A stretch of 48,748 nt of DNA from assembly GCA_964622255.1 (NCBI GenBank), contig CAZUPK010000050.1, forward strand, positions 1 to 48,748, read 5' to 3'. The notes under the pieces were generated by a model, which was not told where the DNA came from, did not search any database, and was given only the letters and a program-made list of their open reading frames with translations. Source of the DNA: an uncultured Campylobacterales bacterium. Its GTDB lineage: Bacteria > Campylobacterota > Campylobacteria > Campylobacterales > QNZT01. Of this stretch, positions 9,503 through 19,331 are shown piece by piece (positions within the stretch are counted from its first letter, which is position 1; each line of letters starts with the position of its first letter). The position numbers and the translations under genes were made by a program.

Positions 9503-10429
9503 TTAAGGTGCTTTTACTTTATCTATAATCTCTTTTACTATATCTTCGGCCTTTACTCCCTCACTTATAGCTTTATAGTTTAGTATGAGTCTATGCTTTA
9601 AAACTTCAGGAGCAACTTTTGCAATATCCAAAGGTGTAACATAATCTTTTCCATCAAGATATGCTCTTGCACGAGAAGCTTTAAAAAGATCTATACTTCC
9701 TCTTGGACTTGCACCATATACCAAGTATTTGTGAGAGTTTCTTGTCGCAAAGATAATCTCTAACATATACCTTATCAAAGCATCATCGATATGAACTTTT
9801 TTTACCTCCTCTTTTAAGTTTTTTAGGTCCTCTTTTGATGCCACCTGTTTTATCTGTTTAAATCCCACTTCCTCTTTTGCTATACGATTTACTATCAAAA
9901 ACTCCTCTTCTAATGAGTTATAACCTACATTTATCTTCATCATAAATCTATCAAGCTGAGCTTCGGGAAGATTATAAGCTCCTTCTTGTTCAACCGGATT
10001 TTGAGTAGCCATAACTAAAAATGGAAGATTAAGTTTGAAACTCTCTTCACCGATAGTAACTTGCTTTTCTTGCATAACTTCAAGAAGAGCTGATTGAACC
10101 TTTGCAGGAGCTCTGTTTATCTCATCGGCTAAAAGAAGGTTTGTAAAAACAGGTCCTTTTTTAACTTCAAACTTTAACTCTTTTTGGTTATATATCATAG
10201 TTCCGGTTATATCTGAAGGTAGGAGATCTGGAGTAAACTGTATTCTTTTAAAATCAACTCCAAGACTCTTTGCAAGAGCATTTATTGCTGTAGTTTTTGC
10301 AACTCCTGGAACTCCTTCAACCAAAAGATGCCCATCACTCAAAAGTGTTATAAGCATTCCGTCAATTAAGTTTTCGTGTCCTACAACTATCTTTTTTACT
10401 TCATCTTTTATTTGCTGGATTTTGTTCAT
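9503..10429 (-). CDS. moxR: MoxR-family AAA+ ATPase
   Basis: Walker A EGVPGVAKT, RIQFTPDLLPSDITG, Walker B LLADEINRAP, ATQNP, QLDRF, GASPR. Confidence 0.95.
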   Translation of the reverse strand: MNKIQQIKDEVKKIVVGHENLIDGMLITLLSDGHLLVEGVPGVAKTTAINALAKSLGVDFKRIQFTPDLLPSDITGTMIYNQKELKFEVKKGPVFTNLLLADEINRAPAKVQSALLEVMQEKQVTIGEESFKLNLPFLVMATQNPVEQEGAYNLPEAQLDRFMMKINVGYNSLEEEFLIVNRIAKEEVGFKQIKQVASKEDLKNLKEEVKKVHIDDALIRYMLEIIFATRNSHKYLVYGASPRGSIDLFKASRARAYLDGKDYVTPLDIAKVAPEVLKHRLILNYKAISEGVKAEDIVKEIIDKVKAP

Positions 10430-10683
10430 ATCGTTATCCTTGTTGTTTTTGTTGTGAGTATTGTAGGTTTTATTTATAAATATTGATTAAATATATTGTA
10501 AATAGCAGGTTAATGATAGATAATGTTAATTGTTATTTATCAAGTTTTATTAAAATTTATTAAAATTTAAACCATCTTTTAAGTTGAGTATGAGATACTA
10601 TTAACCCAAGTTTGATAGCAATCATTGATTATAAATGAGACTATGAATGTTTTTGGGTAGTTTAAATATAAAAGGGAGAGTAG

Positions 10684-11298
10684 GTGGGCTTTTTAACAAA
10701 TATAAATGGACAGATGTATATCCTATCCTATCTTTTGGGAAGTATTCCCTTTGGGCTTATTTTTGCAAAAGTTCTTGCAGGAGTTGATATAAGAAAAGAG
10801 GGTAGTGGGAATATAGGTGCAACAAATGTTTTAAGGGTTTTAAAGACAAAAGAACCAAGACTTGCTAAAAAGATATCCATTCTAACTTTAGTAGGAGATG
10901 TTTTAAAAGGTATAATAGCTCTTTTAGTGGCAAAATATATGGAAGTTAGTGATGCTACACTCTGGGGAGTGGCTGTTTTAGCGGTTGTTGGACACTGTTT
11001 TAGTATCTTTTTGATTTTTGAGGGTGGAAAGGGTGTTGCAACAGGACTTGGAGTTTTGGCTGTTTTGATACCAAAAGCAGCGATAGTTGGAGTTTTGGTT
11101 TGGTTTGCTAGTGCAAAAACTATAAAAATATCTTCACTATCATCCCTACTTGGTGTAGCATCTGTTTTTTTAGCATCATTTATTTTTTATCCAAACATTT
11201 CTCACTCACCAGTTGCTATCATAGTTTTTCTTATTGTCTATAAACATGGATCAAATATTGCAAAACTTTTAAGAGGTAAGGAAAAGAGGATTGTATGA
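10684..11298 (+). CDS. plsY: Glycerol-3-phosphate acyltransferase PlsY
   Basis: SYLLGSIPFG, GSGNIGATNVLR, GHCFS, GGKGVATG, KHGSNIAKL; GTG start. Confidence 0.97.
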   Translation: MGFLTNINGQMYILSYLLGSIPFGLIFAKVLAGVDIRKEGSGNIGATNVLRVLKTKEPRLAKKISILTLVGDVLKGIIALLVAKYMEVSDATLWGVAVLAVVGHCFSIFLIFEGGKGVATGLGVLAVLIPKAAIVGVLVWFASAKTIKISSLSSLLGVASVFLASFIFYPNISHSPVAIIVFLIVYKHGSNIAKLLRGKEKRIV

Positions 11299-11617
11299 GA
11301 TAGCTATAAAAAACTTAAAGTTTAAAACTATTATTGGAATTTTAGATTTTGAGAGGAAAATAGAACAGAAGGTTAGGGTTGATTGCTTTATAAGATATGA
11401 TGATGAGAGAGATTTTATAGATTATACAAGAGTGGTAGAGGAGATAAAGTCTATTGTGATTAAAGGTAAATTTGGGCTTATTGAGGATGCTTTAAATAGT
11501 TTGATAGACAGTTTGAAAAGTAGATTTCAAGCTATAAAAAGTATAAAAATAACTATTTGTAAACCTGAAATCTTGGGTGATTGTTTGATTTCAGTTACTA
11601 AGTTAAAAAAATTTTAA
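11291..11617 (+). CDS. folB: Dihydroneopterin aldolase FolB-like
   Basis: TIIGILDFER..Q.VRVD, IDYT, LIE, ITICKP pattern; plsY-folB linkage. Confidence 0.8.
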   Translation: MYEIAIKNLKFKTIIGILDFERKIEQKVRVDCFIRYDDERDFIDYTRVVEEIKSIVIKGKFGLIEDALNSLIDSLKSRFQAIKSIKITICKPEILGDCLISVTKLKKF

Positions 11618-11663
11618 AAATTTTTTAAAAAAACTTTAATTTTAGAAAAAAATTTGCTATAAT
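11603..11663 (+). promoter_or_regulatory. hsrA promoter: extended -10 TGCTATAAT plus four phased TTAA boxes
   Basis: TGCTATAAT at 11655-11663; TTAA at 11603, 11614, 11625 and 11636. Confidence 0.75.
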
Positions 11664-11691
11664 ATCCGAAATCATTTCAGAAGGAAGGTAG

Positions 11692-12363
11692 ATGAGAGTT
11701 CTAATTGTTGAGGACGAGATAACACTAAACAGAACCTTGGTTGAGGGTTTACAAGAGTTCGGTTATCAGGCTGATAGTTGCGAAAACTTTAAGGATGCAG
11801 AGTATTATATAGGTATAAGAAACTATGATCTGCTTTTAACTGACTGGATGTTGCCCGACGGTGATGGTATAGATTTAGTTACTATGGTAAAACAGAAATC
11901 TCCAAGAACCGGTTGTGTAGTTATTACGGCAAAAGATGACAAAGAGAGTGAGATAAAAGCACTTAAAGCTGGGGCTGATGACTATATCAAAAAACCGTTT
12001 GATTTTGATATTCTTATAGCAAGGATAGAGGCAAGACTTAGATTTGGTGGAACAAATGTTATTAAAATAGACGATCTTGTCATAGATCCCGATGAAGAAA
12101 AGATTAGTTACAATGGTCAAGAGATTGAGCTAAAAGGTAAGCCTTTTGAAGTTTTGACACATTTAGCTATTCATAGTGATCAAATAGTATCAAAAGAGCA
12201 ACTTTTAGATGCCATATGGGATGAGCCAGAACTTGTTACCCCAAATGTCATAGAGGTTGCGATAAATCAAATAAGGCAGAAGATGGATAAACCTTTAAAA
12301 ATATCTACAATAGAAACTGTTAGAAGAAGAGGGTATAGATTTTGTTATCCGAAAAAAGCATAA
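11692..12363 (+). CDS. hsrA: Homeostatic OmpR-family response regulator HsrA (HP1043/CosR ortholog)
   Basis: 223 aa; C-terminus IELKGKPFEVLTHLA...VTPNVIEVAINQIRQKMDKPL.ISTIETVRRRGYRFCYP characteristic of HsrA/CosR. Confidence 0.93.
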   Translation: MRVLIVEDEITLNRTLVEGLQEFGYQADSCENFKDAEYYIGIRNYDLLLTDWMLPDGDGIDLVTMVKQKSPRTGCVVITAKDDKESEIKALKAGADDYIKKPFDFDILIARIEARLRFGGTNVIKIDDLVIDPDEEKISYNGQEIELKGKPFEVLTHLAIHSDQIVSKEQLLDAIWDEPELVTPNVIEVAINQIRQKMDKPLKISTIETVRRRGYRFCYPKKA

Positions 12364-13700
12364 AAAAGAAGTTTATCTTACAACTTATAGCGGCATCAGT
12401 TGCACTTATAGCGATATTTTCCATAGTTTTATATAACTACATCAAGATATCTATACTTGATGATATAACAACTTCATTAAAGAATGAGGCTGGGTTGATT
12501 ATGAAAGAGGATAAGTTTAAGAGTCCTTTTTCAAAAAGGGTAAAGACTTTAAGTATCTCAAACTCTATCTCAAAAGTTCAGGATAAGATTGAAGTGCAAA
12601 TAAGAGTTGATAAAGAGCCAAAAATATCTTTTGAAGAGTTTGAAAAAGATGGCAAAAGGTATCTAATCATATACTATCCTTATGATAAGGCAAGAAGTAG
12701 TTTTTTAACTATCACTAAGGATTTGAGTGGAACTTATGAGCTTTTTTCAAGGATACTAAAAAGTATCATACTTGTAAATCTTATAGGTGGTATTATCATC
12801 TTAGCTTATGCTTTCTTCCTCTCTGAAACTCTTCTTCATCCAGTAAGAAGTATCAATAGAAAATTAGCAAGGATGAATGAAAATTTTTTGGAGCATATAG
12901 ATACTGAGGCTCTACCTGTTGAGTTTGTCTCTTTGGCTGAGAGTGTTAACAAACTAATAGATCGTATCCAAAACTTTGTAAAGTATCAAAAAGAGCTTTT
13001 TATAGGAACAGCACACGAGCTTAAAACTCCATTGGCGGTTATGAAAACTAAAAATGAGGTAACACTTATAAAACCAAGAGAATCTCAAAAATATATAGAG
13101 ACTCTAAAAACAAACAATAAAACGATAGATGAAATGAATGCTATGATAAGTTCCATTTTGGAGATAGGAAGACAAGAAGGAGCTCAGTTTGAAGCACCTG
13201 TTGAGGTCAATGTGATAGAGTTTTTGAAAGAAAAAGGTAAAGATTTTAATCTTTTAGCACATGGAAAGGATATATCTGTAACTATGGATTTAGAACCGGA
13301 GAGATACTGTATCTTGACTCAACCAACACTTTTAAATCATATTTTGCAAAACTTTATGCAAAATGCTATAAAATTTTCTCCTGATGGTTCAAATATCCAT
13401 ATAAAAACAAGACTTAACGGAGATGATTTTAAGATAGAGATTATAGATGAGGGTATAGGTATAGATGAAAATAAGGATCTTTTTGCACCATTTAAAAGAT
13501 TTGGCAAAAAAAGCGGTGCTGGGCTTGGACTTTTCTTAGCCAGAGGTGCTGCAGATGCCATAGGGGCGAAACTTAGTATAAGAAATAGGAATGATGGAAG
13601 AAGTGGTGCTATAGCTATGATAGAGTTAAATGCGAAAAACTTCTGTCCTACAGATGAACTTCCAGCAAAAAAATCAATTTTTGGTGGTTTTAGTTCTTAA
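12342..13700 (+). CDS. Sensor histidine kinase, cognate-position partner of HsrA (CosS-like)
   Basis: Two TM helices, H-box HELKTPL, N-box NAIKFS, DEGIG, GAGLGL; TTG start overlaps hsrA end. Confidence 0.92.
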   Translation: MLSEKSIKKKFILQLIAASVALIAIFSIVLYNYIKISILDDITTSLKNEAGLIMKEDKFKSPFSKRVKTLSISNSISKVQDKIEVQIRVDKEPKISFEEFEKDGKRYLIIYYPYDKARSSFLTITKDLSGTYELFSRILKSIILVNLIGGIIILAYAFFLSETLLHPVRSINRKLARMNENFLEHIDTEALPVEFVSLAESVNKLIDRIQNFVKYQKELFIGTAHELKTPLAVMKTKNEVTLIKPRESQKYIETLKTNNKTIDEMNAMISSILEIGRQEGAQFEAPVEVNVIEFLKEKGKDFNLLAHGKDISVTMDLEPERYCILTQPTLLNHILQNFMQNAIKFSPDGSNIHIKTRLNGDDFKIEIIDEGIGIDENKDLFAPFKRFGKKSGAGLGLFLARGAADAIGAKLSIRNRNDGRSGAIAMIELNAKNFCPTDELPAKKSIFGGFSS

Positions 13701-13948
13701 TGGCTCTAAAAATCATAGATGAGTGCATCTGTTGTGATGCATGTGTGAGTGTTTGTCCAACAAGTGCGATAGAGTGTGATGACCCTACATATGTGATAGA
13801 TTCCACTCTTTGCACTGAGTGTGTTGGATACTATAAAAAGCCAGAGTGTATAAAAGTTTGTCCGGTTGATGCCATAGTTGTTGATAAAGAGCTAGGTGAG
13901 ACAAAGCAGATGCTAACAAAAAAGTTTAAAGATAGTAGGCAAAAGTAG
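13700..13948 (+). CDS. 2x[4Fe-4S] ferredoxin (YfhL-like)
   Basis: CICCDAC...CP and CTECVG....C..VCP motifs. Confidence 0.93.
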   Translation: MALKIIDECICCDACVSVCPTSAIECDDPTYVIDSTLCTECVGYYKKPECIKVCPVDAIVVDKELGETKQMLTKKFKDSRQK

Positions 13949-15360
13949 TGGCAAAAAAGACTGCAGTTATAGATATAGGCTCAAACTCCATAACTTTAGT
14001 GATATATAAAAAAACTTCAAGGTTAGCCTTCTATGAACTTTATAGACAAAAGTATAAGATAAAGATAGGTGAGGGAAGTTACAAAAAGGATGGTTTTTTA
14101 CAAGAGGAACCTATGAAAAGAGCTTATGAAGCTTTAAAAGATTTTTCATCTGTCATAAGGGCTTATAAATGTCAAAAAACTTTGTGTATTGCAACTTCGG
14201 CTTTAAGAGATGCTCCAAATAAAAGAGAGTTTATAAAAAGGGTTGAAAAAGAGCTTGGTATAAAGATAAAAGTTATAGATGGGCAAAAAGAGGCAGAATT
14301 TGGGGCTATTAGCTCTTTAAATCTTTTACCAAGCTTTGATGAATTTGTAACTGTTGATATAGGTGGAGGATCAACAGAGTTTGCAAAGGTGGTAAATGCC
14401 AAAGTTGTTAAAACTATAACTTTGCAGTTAGGGCATGTTAGAGTGTATGAAAAAGCAAAGAGTATGGATGAAAAAAAGGCTCTTATAAAAAGTGAGTTAA
14501 AAAGGTTAGATAGTGATTTCTTTTCAAAAAGGGTGGTAACTATCGGAGGAACTGCAAGAGAAATAGCAAAGTATATACAAAAGAAAGAGGGGTATCCCCT
14601 TTATAAGTGTTTACATGCATATAGTTATAGTGATGAAACGGCTTTAAAATATATGCAAAAACTTATCGAATATGAGCAAAATAAAATAAAAAAGTATATC
14701 TCAAAAAGCAGACAAGAAACTATACAAGATGGAGCTTTGATTTTATGTAACATAGTAAGGTTGATAGAGCCAAAAGAGATAGTTGTTAGTAGTTTTGGAG
14801 TAAGGGAAGGAGTTTACTTAAGCGATCTTTTAAGAAGTTTTAACTACAAATTTCCTTCAAATTTCAAACTAGATCAAAGAGTTTTACTTGATAGATTTGG
14901 TGAAATTGTAAGAGTAAATAACTACTATCAAAACATAGCAAATAAACTATATCCATACATTTTTGAAGATGATGAGTTTAAGAAGACAGTTAGTTACTGT
15001 TCAAAACTTTTTCTTTTAAATAGTATGAATTTTTATAGTTGGATAGAGTATTTAAATTTTGTTTTTACTCATAAAGAAAAAGTAACGATAGCCTATCTTA
15101 TGCAAAGCTTTAATGATGAAGAGTTGGATAAGAAGCTTTATAAAAAATATAAAAGCTTACTTCCTGATTTTAAAAAGTTAGAAAAACTTTTTTTTATACT
15201 AAACTTAACGGCTATTTTAGCTAAAAATATGAAAGTGCAAGATGTTAAGGTAGAAAAAAAGGATGACTTGCTAACTATCAAGATAAATATATCGGATCTA
15301 ACAAAGGATGAGATAGAGAATTTAAAATCTCCTTACAAAATCAAAATAGAAAGTAGATAG
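13948..15360 (+). CDS. Ppx/GppA phosphatase
   Basis: IDIGSNS, ATSALRDA, DIGGGSTE, IGGTAR, GVREG; fdx-gppA linkage. Confidence 0.92.
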   Translation: MAKKTAVIDIGSNSITLVIYKKTSRLAFYELYRQKYKIKIGEGSYKKDGFLQEEPMKRAYEALKDFSSVIRAYKCQKTLCIATSALRDAPNKREFIKRVEKELGIKIKVIDGQKEAEFGAISSLNLLPSFDEFVTVDIGGGSTEFAKVVNAKVVKTITLQLGHVRVYEKAKSMDEKKALIKSELKRLDSDFFSKRVVTIGGTAREIAKYIQKKEGYPLYKCLHAYSYSDETALKYMQKLIEYEQNKIKKYISKSRQETIQDGALILCNIVRLIEPKEIVVSSFGVREGVYLSDLLRSFNYKFPSNFKLDQRVLLDRFGEIVRVNNYYQNIANKLYPYIFEDDEFKKTVSYCSKLFLLNSMNFYSWIEYLNFVFTHKEKVTIAYLMQSFNDEELDKKLYKKYKSLLPDFKKLEKLFFILNLTAILAKNMKVQDVKVEKKDDLLTIKINISDLTKDEIENLKSPYKIKIESR

Positions 15361-16086
15361 ATGGAAGAAAAAGCATATAAACTTTTAGCTCTTCAAGAGG
15401 GTATAACAAACAGAAGTGCAAAAGATTTGATAGATAAAGGTCTTGTTTATGCTTATGGTAAAAGAGTAGTTATGGCAAGAGCCTTAATGGATGCTAGAGT
15501 AAAGTTTAGAGTTGAAAAGATAGAAAGAATAGAAAAAATCTATGAAGATAAAAGGCTTATAGCTGTAAATAAACCTGCATTTTTAACAAGTGAACAGATA
15601 AGTAAAAAGTTTAAAACACCTCTTCTTCATAGACTTGATAAAGAGACAAGTGGACTTTTACTTTTAGTTAAAGATGAAGAGTTTCAAAAAGAGGCGATAA
15701 AGGCTTTTAAAAATCACGAAGTTTTAAAAGAGTATGAAGCTTGGGTTAGCAGAAGAGTTGCTGAGAGTTTTGAGATAAACAAACCTATACTTACCATAAA
15801 GAAAGCAAACTCAGTTTTTTCAAGAGTCTCTAAAAATGGAAAAGAGGCTATAACCATAGTTGAGCCTTTAGAGATAGAGGGAAAGTTTTCAAAAGTAAAG
15901 GTAACTATAAAAACTGGAAGAACTCATCAAATAAGAGTGCATTTAGCAGATAGCGGTTTTGCTATCGTTGGAGATAGAAGTTATGGTGGAAAAAGTGCAA
16001 AAAGAGTTATGCTACACGCAAAGAAGATAGAGCTTTTGGGATATAGTTTTGAAGCTCCTACTCCAAAGGATTTTAAGGTTTTTTGA
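15361..16086 (+). CDS. RluA-family RNA pseudouridine synthase with S4-like N-terminus
   Basis: NKP, HRLDKETSG, TGRTHQIRVH, GDRSYG, LHA. Confidence 0.93.
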   Translation: MEEKAYKLLALQEGITNRSAKDLIDKGLVYAYGKRVVMARALMDARVKFRVEKIERIEKIYEDKRLIAVNKPAFLTSEQISKKFKTPLLHRLDKETSGLLLLVKDEEFQKEAIKAFKNHEVLKEYEAWVSRRVAESFEINKPILTIKKANSVFSRVSKNGKEAITIVEPLEIEGKFSKVKVTIKTGRTHQIRVHLADSGFAIVGDRSYGGKSAKRVMLHAKKIELLGYSFEAPTPKDFKVF

Positions 16087-16227
16087 TGAAGGGGTTAGAA
16101 AAGTTTTAAAGTTTTGTTGATGCTTTGGTGTAACTACCAAGTGTAGCTAAAAAGTCTGCAACAGGATTTGCCTATCTTAGTTTTACTATGCTATCACTCT
16201 CAAAAGCTTTATATGATAGGGTTAAGG

Positions 16228-17505
16228 TTAAAACCTAACCACTCCTGTTCCTTTGCTATTTGCACTGTGGTAGATAGTGTTGTGATAGAGTCGTGAGTAG
16301 TATCTTAAAAGTAGTCTTTGTAAAGTAGGCTCTATCGATGGGGTAAACCAAGCATTGTTAGAGATAGCTATCATAAAAGTTGGAGAGTTTTCGTGTAAAA
16401 CTCTTGAAGTTGCCTCATAGCATATGGCATTTCTAAAAACTTCACCATTTATTTGAAAGTCTGTAGGATGTTTTGCAGTTTTAAAGTCTTCTGCACCTTC
16501 AAAAAAGGTATCATTTATAAATTTGGAGATAAATTTTGGTAGAGGTATCTGCTCGGAAAATGGAACTAAAACTACTTTATTTGCTACATAAACTTTCCCA
16601 TTTATAAAGTAATAAGCAGAGTTATAACCATTTACTCCATCACTATACAAACTTCCTGTTACTATGGTTATCTTTTCACTTAACTTCTTTAACCTTTCTA
16701 TCATAAGGGCATCAGAGTTTAAGTAGTATGGAAAAACACTCTCGCTTAAAACCACTATGTCATAATTGTTTTTTATTGCTTTATCTATGATGCGAAAGTT
16801 ATCTTCTACTAAAGTGTTAAAATACTCTTTTGTCCACTTCTTTTCTTGCGGAATATCTCTACTTGCAAGATAGATTTTTTGTTTTGAAAGTGGTAGAGTT
16901 ATATTTTCATATCTTACACTCAAAAGCAAAAAAGGGATAAAAAGAAGTTTATAGTAGTTTTTTAACTCTAGCATAATAACTATTGAAATTAAAAAGAGTG
17001 CAAATTTTAGCTTTGTAAAGTCAAAAAAACTATCTATCAAAGTAAGTTCTGGTATAAACCAGTCAAACCCAAATGGATGAAAAAAGGAAAATCCTAAAAA
17101 TGCTAAAGCTCTTAAATAACTTTTTTTCAAACATCCTATAAGATAAAAAAATATTCCGTATCCAAAGCTAAAGATAGCTACTATAAGAGGTATGAGATAC
17201 TCTAAGTCATAGTATCTAAAAGATAGACTTACCCAGTAAAACCAAAGTCCTCCTATAAAAGTTCCTGCCCAAAAGAGAACTTTTTTATCCTCTTTTAAAA
17301 GTAGATAAAAGGCTAAAAATGCTGTTATAGAGGTCATTATGTTTAGAAATATTTTGTTTTCTATACCGAAAAATTTAAAATATATAAATACTGAAAATAA
17401 AACAGCTATAAAAAAACTTTTTATTAATCTATTAGTGCTAAAATACGATTTAAGATTTTTGTTATTAAAGGATAAATATGGCAACTCAGGGGAATTTTTT
17501 TGCAT
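16228..17505 (-). CDS. lnt: Apolipoprotein N-acyltransferase (start codon uncertain)
   Basis: TM-rich N-terminus; nitrilase triad context LSESVFP, K.VLVPFSE, ICYE; NNAWF. Confidence 0.92.
   Translation of the reverse strand: MQKNSPELPYLSFNNKNLKSYFSTNRLIKSFFIAVLFSVFIYFKFFGIENKIFLNIMTSITAFLAFYLLLKEDKKVLFWAGTFIGGLWFYWVSLSFRYYDLEYLIPLIVAIFSFGYGIFFYLIGCLKKSYLRALAFLGFSFFHPFGFDWFIPELTLIDSFFDFTKLKFALFLISIVIMLELKNYYKLLFIPFLLLSVRYENITLPLSKQKIYLASRDIPQEKKWTKEYFNTLVEDNFRIIDKAIKNNYDIVVLSESVFPYYLNSDALMIERLKKLSEKITIVTGSLYSDGVNGYNSAYYFINGKVYVANKVVLVPFSEQIPLPKFISKFINDTFFEGAEDFKTAKHPTDFQINGEVFRNAICYEATSRVLHENSPTFMIAISNNAWFTPSIEPTLQRLLLRYYSRLYHNTIYHSANSKGTGVVRF
17436..17444 (+). promoter_or_regulatory. Extended -10 for yajC-secD-secF, inside the lnt frame
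   Basis: TGCTAAAAT ~34 bp upstream of the yajC ATG with SD AAGGA. Confidence 0.6.
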
Positions 17506-17750
17506 CATTTTTACCACTTATAGTTTTATTTGGTATTTTCTACTTTCTTATCATAAGGCCTCAGCAAAAACAGGCTAAAGAGCATCAAGAGATGATAAAC
17601 TCTTTAAAAAAGGGTGATCGTATCATCACAACAGGAGGACTTATAGTAGAAGTTGTAAAACCCGAAGAGGATTTTATCAAAGTAAAACTTAACGATGATG
17701 TAATAGTTAAGCTCTCAAGGGAATATGTATCAAAAAAGTTAGAGAGTTAA
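17478..17750 (+). CDS. yajC: Preprotein translocase subunit YajC
   Basis: YFLIIRPQQKQ..H..MI.SLKKGD.IIT.GG. Confidence 0.97.
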   Translation: MATQGNFFASFLPLIVLFGIFYFLIIRPQQKQAKEHQEMINSLKKGDRIITTGGLIVEVVKPEEDFIKVKLNDDVIVKLSREYVSKKLES

Positions 17751-17753
17751 AAG

Positions 17754-19331
17754 ATGAATTTTAGACTTATCATATTTATAGTAACCATAATATTTGGAAT
17801 CTTTTTTTCTGTTCCATCTTTTTTACAGTTGGATAGAGGTGCTAAAGTAAACTTAGGACTTGATCTTCAGGGTGGACTTCATATGCTTTTGGGGGTAAAA
17901 ACCAATGAAGCTATAAAGTCTAAAATAAAGTCGATAGCGTCAAGTATAAAATACTTTTGTGATGATGAAGATATAGTGATAGATAACCTAAAAGTTAAAG
18001 AAAATGAGGTTAGTTTTGAACTTTTGGATCCATCTATGAAGCAAAAGGTTGATAGAGAGCTAAAAAAGATGCAAGGGTTGAAGGTTGAGTCTAAGAAGAG
18101 TGCAGACACTATATTCTATACTATCTCTATGATACAAAAAGAGATAGAGTCAGTTAAATCCTATGCCGTTACCCAAGCAGTCGATACTATAAGAAATAGG
18201 CTTGATATGAGTGGAACCGTTGAGCCGACGGTTGCAAAGCAGGGAAAAGATAATATTTTGGTAGAGATTCCGGGAGTAAAGACTCCCGAAGATGAAAAAA
18301 GGATAAGAGGTATCATCTCAAAAGCCGCACATTTGCAACTTATGGCAGTTGATGAGGATAGAAATGATCAAGCAAACAGTATGAGTGAAGCAGAAGCTAT
18401 GGAGTATGGAGATATTATCTTAAAAGACCAACAAGGAAGAAAATATGTTGTTAAAGAGATACCTATACTTGATGGATCTATGTTAACAGATGCTAGAGTA
18501 GCTTTTTCACGAAGCAATCAACCTGTTATTAACTTTACACTAAATAGCGAGGGTGCTAGGATCTTTGGTGATTTTAGTGGGAAAAATGTAGGTAAAAGAT
18601 TAGCTGTTGTTTTAGATGATGTTATCTATTCGGCTCCGGTTATTAGGGAAAGAATTGGTGGTGGAAGTGGTCAGATAAGTGGAAACTTCTCAGTTCAAGA
18701 GGCTCACGATGTAGCCATAGCACTTAGAAGTGGTGCACTTTTAGCTCCTGTTGCTCTTTTAGAAAAAAGAAGTGTGGGACCAAGTTTAGGAGCAGATAGC
18801 ATCAAGCAGAGTATGATAGCACTTATAAGTGGATTTTTTGCGGTGTTTTTCTTTATGATATTTTACTATGGAAGAAGTGGTGTTATCTCCGATATAGCAC
18901 TTTTGGCAAACCTTTTTTTACTTATAGCTATTATGGCACTTTTTGGGGCAACTTTAACACTTCCGGGTATGGCAGGTATAGTTTTAACAGTCGGTATGGC
19001 AGTTGATGCAAATGTTATCATTCTTGAGAGAATAAGAGAACTTTTAAGGGAGGGCAAAAGAATAGGTTATGCAGTAGAACAGGGATATTCAAATGCTATG
19101 ACAGCTATTTTAGATGCAAATATAACGACTTTGATAGCTGCAGTTGTTTTATATGCTTATGGAACCGGACCTATAAAAGGTTTTGCTATAACTATGAGTA
19201 TAGGTATCTTGGCATCTATGATAACTGCGATACTTGGAACTCACGGAGTTTATCAATATCTTTTAACTAAAGGTAGTATTAAAAAGAGTGATATACCAAA
19301 GTGGTTTGGTATAAAATTGGAGGGTAAGTAG
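17754..19331 (+). CDS. secD: Protein translocase subunit SecD
   Basis: NLGLDLQGG, TIRNRLD, SAPVI, VGPSLG, GMAVDANVII.ERI.E. Confidence 0.98.
   Translation: MNFRLIIFIVTIIFGIFFSVPSFLQLDRGAKVNLGLDLQGGLHMLLGVKTNEAIKSKIKSIASSIKYFCDDEDIVIDNLKVKENEVSFELLDPSMKQKVDRELKKMQGLKVESKKSADTIFYTISMIQKEIESVKSYAVTQAVDTIRNRLDMSGTVEPTVAKQGKDNILVEIPGVKTPEDEKRIRGIISKAAHLQLMAVDEDRNDQANSMSEAEAMEYGDIILKDQQGRKYVVKEIPILDGSMLTDARVAFSRSNQPVINFTLNSEGARIFGDFSGKNVGKRLAVVLDDVIYSAPVIRERIGGGSGQISGNFSVQEAHDVAIALRSGALLAPVALLEKRSVGPSLGADSIKQSMIALISGFFAVFFFMIFYYGRSGVISDIALLANLFLLIAIMALFGATLTLPGMAGIVLTVGMAVDANVIILERIRELLREGKRIGYAVEQGYSNAMTAILDANITTLIAAVVLYAYGTGPIKGFAITMSIGILASMITAILGTHGVYQYLLTKGSIKKSDIPKWFGIKLEGK

Noticed and set aside
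16087-16227. Possible gene remnant between the rluA-family gene and lnt (LSYKAFESDSIVKLR*ANPVADFLATLGSY)
   Set aside because: No recognisable family; too short to support.
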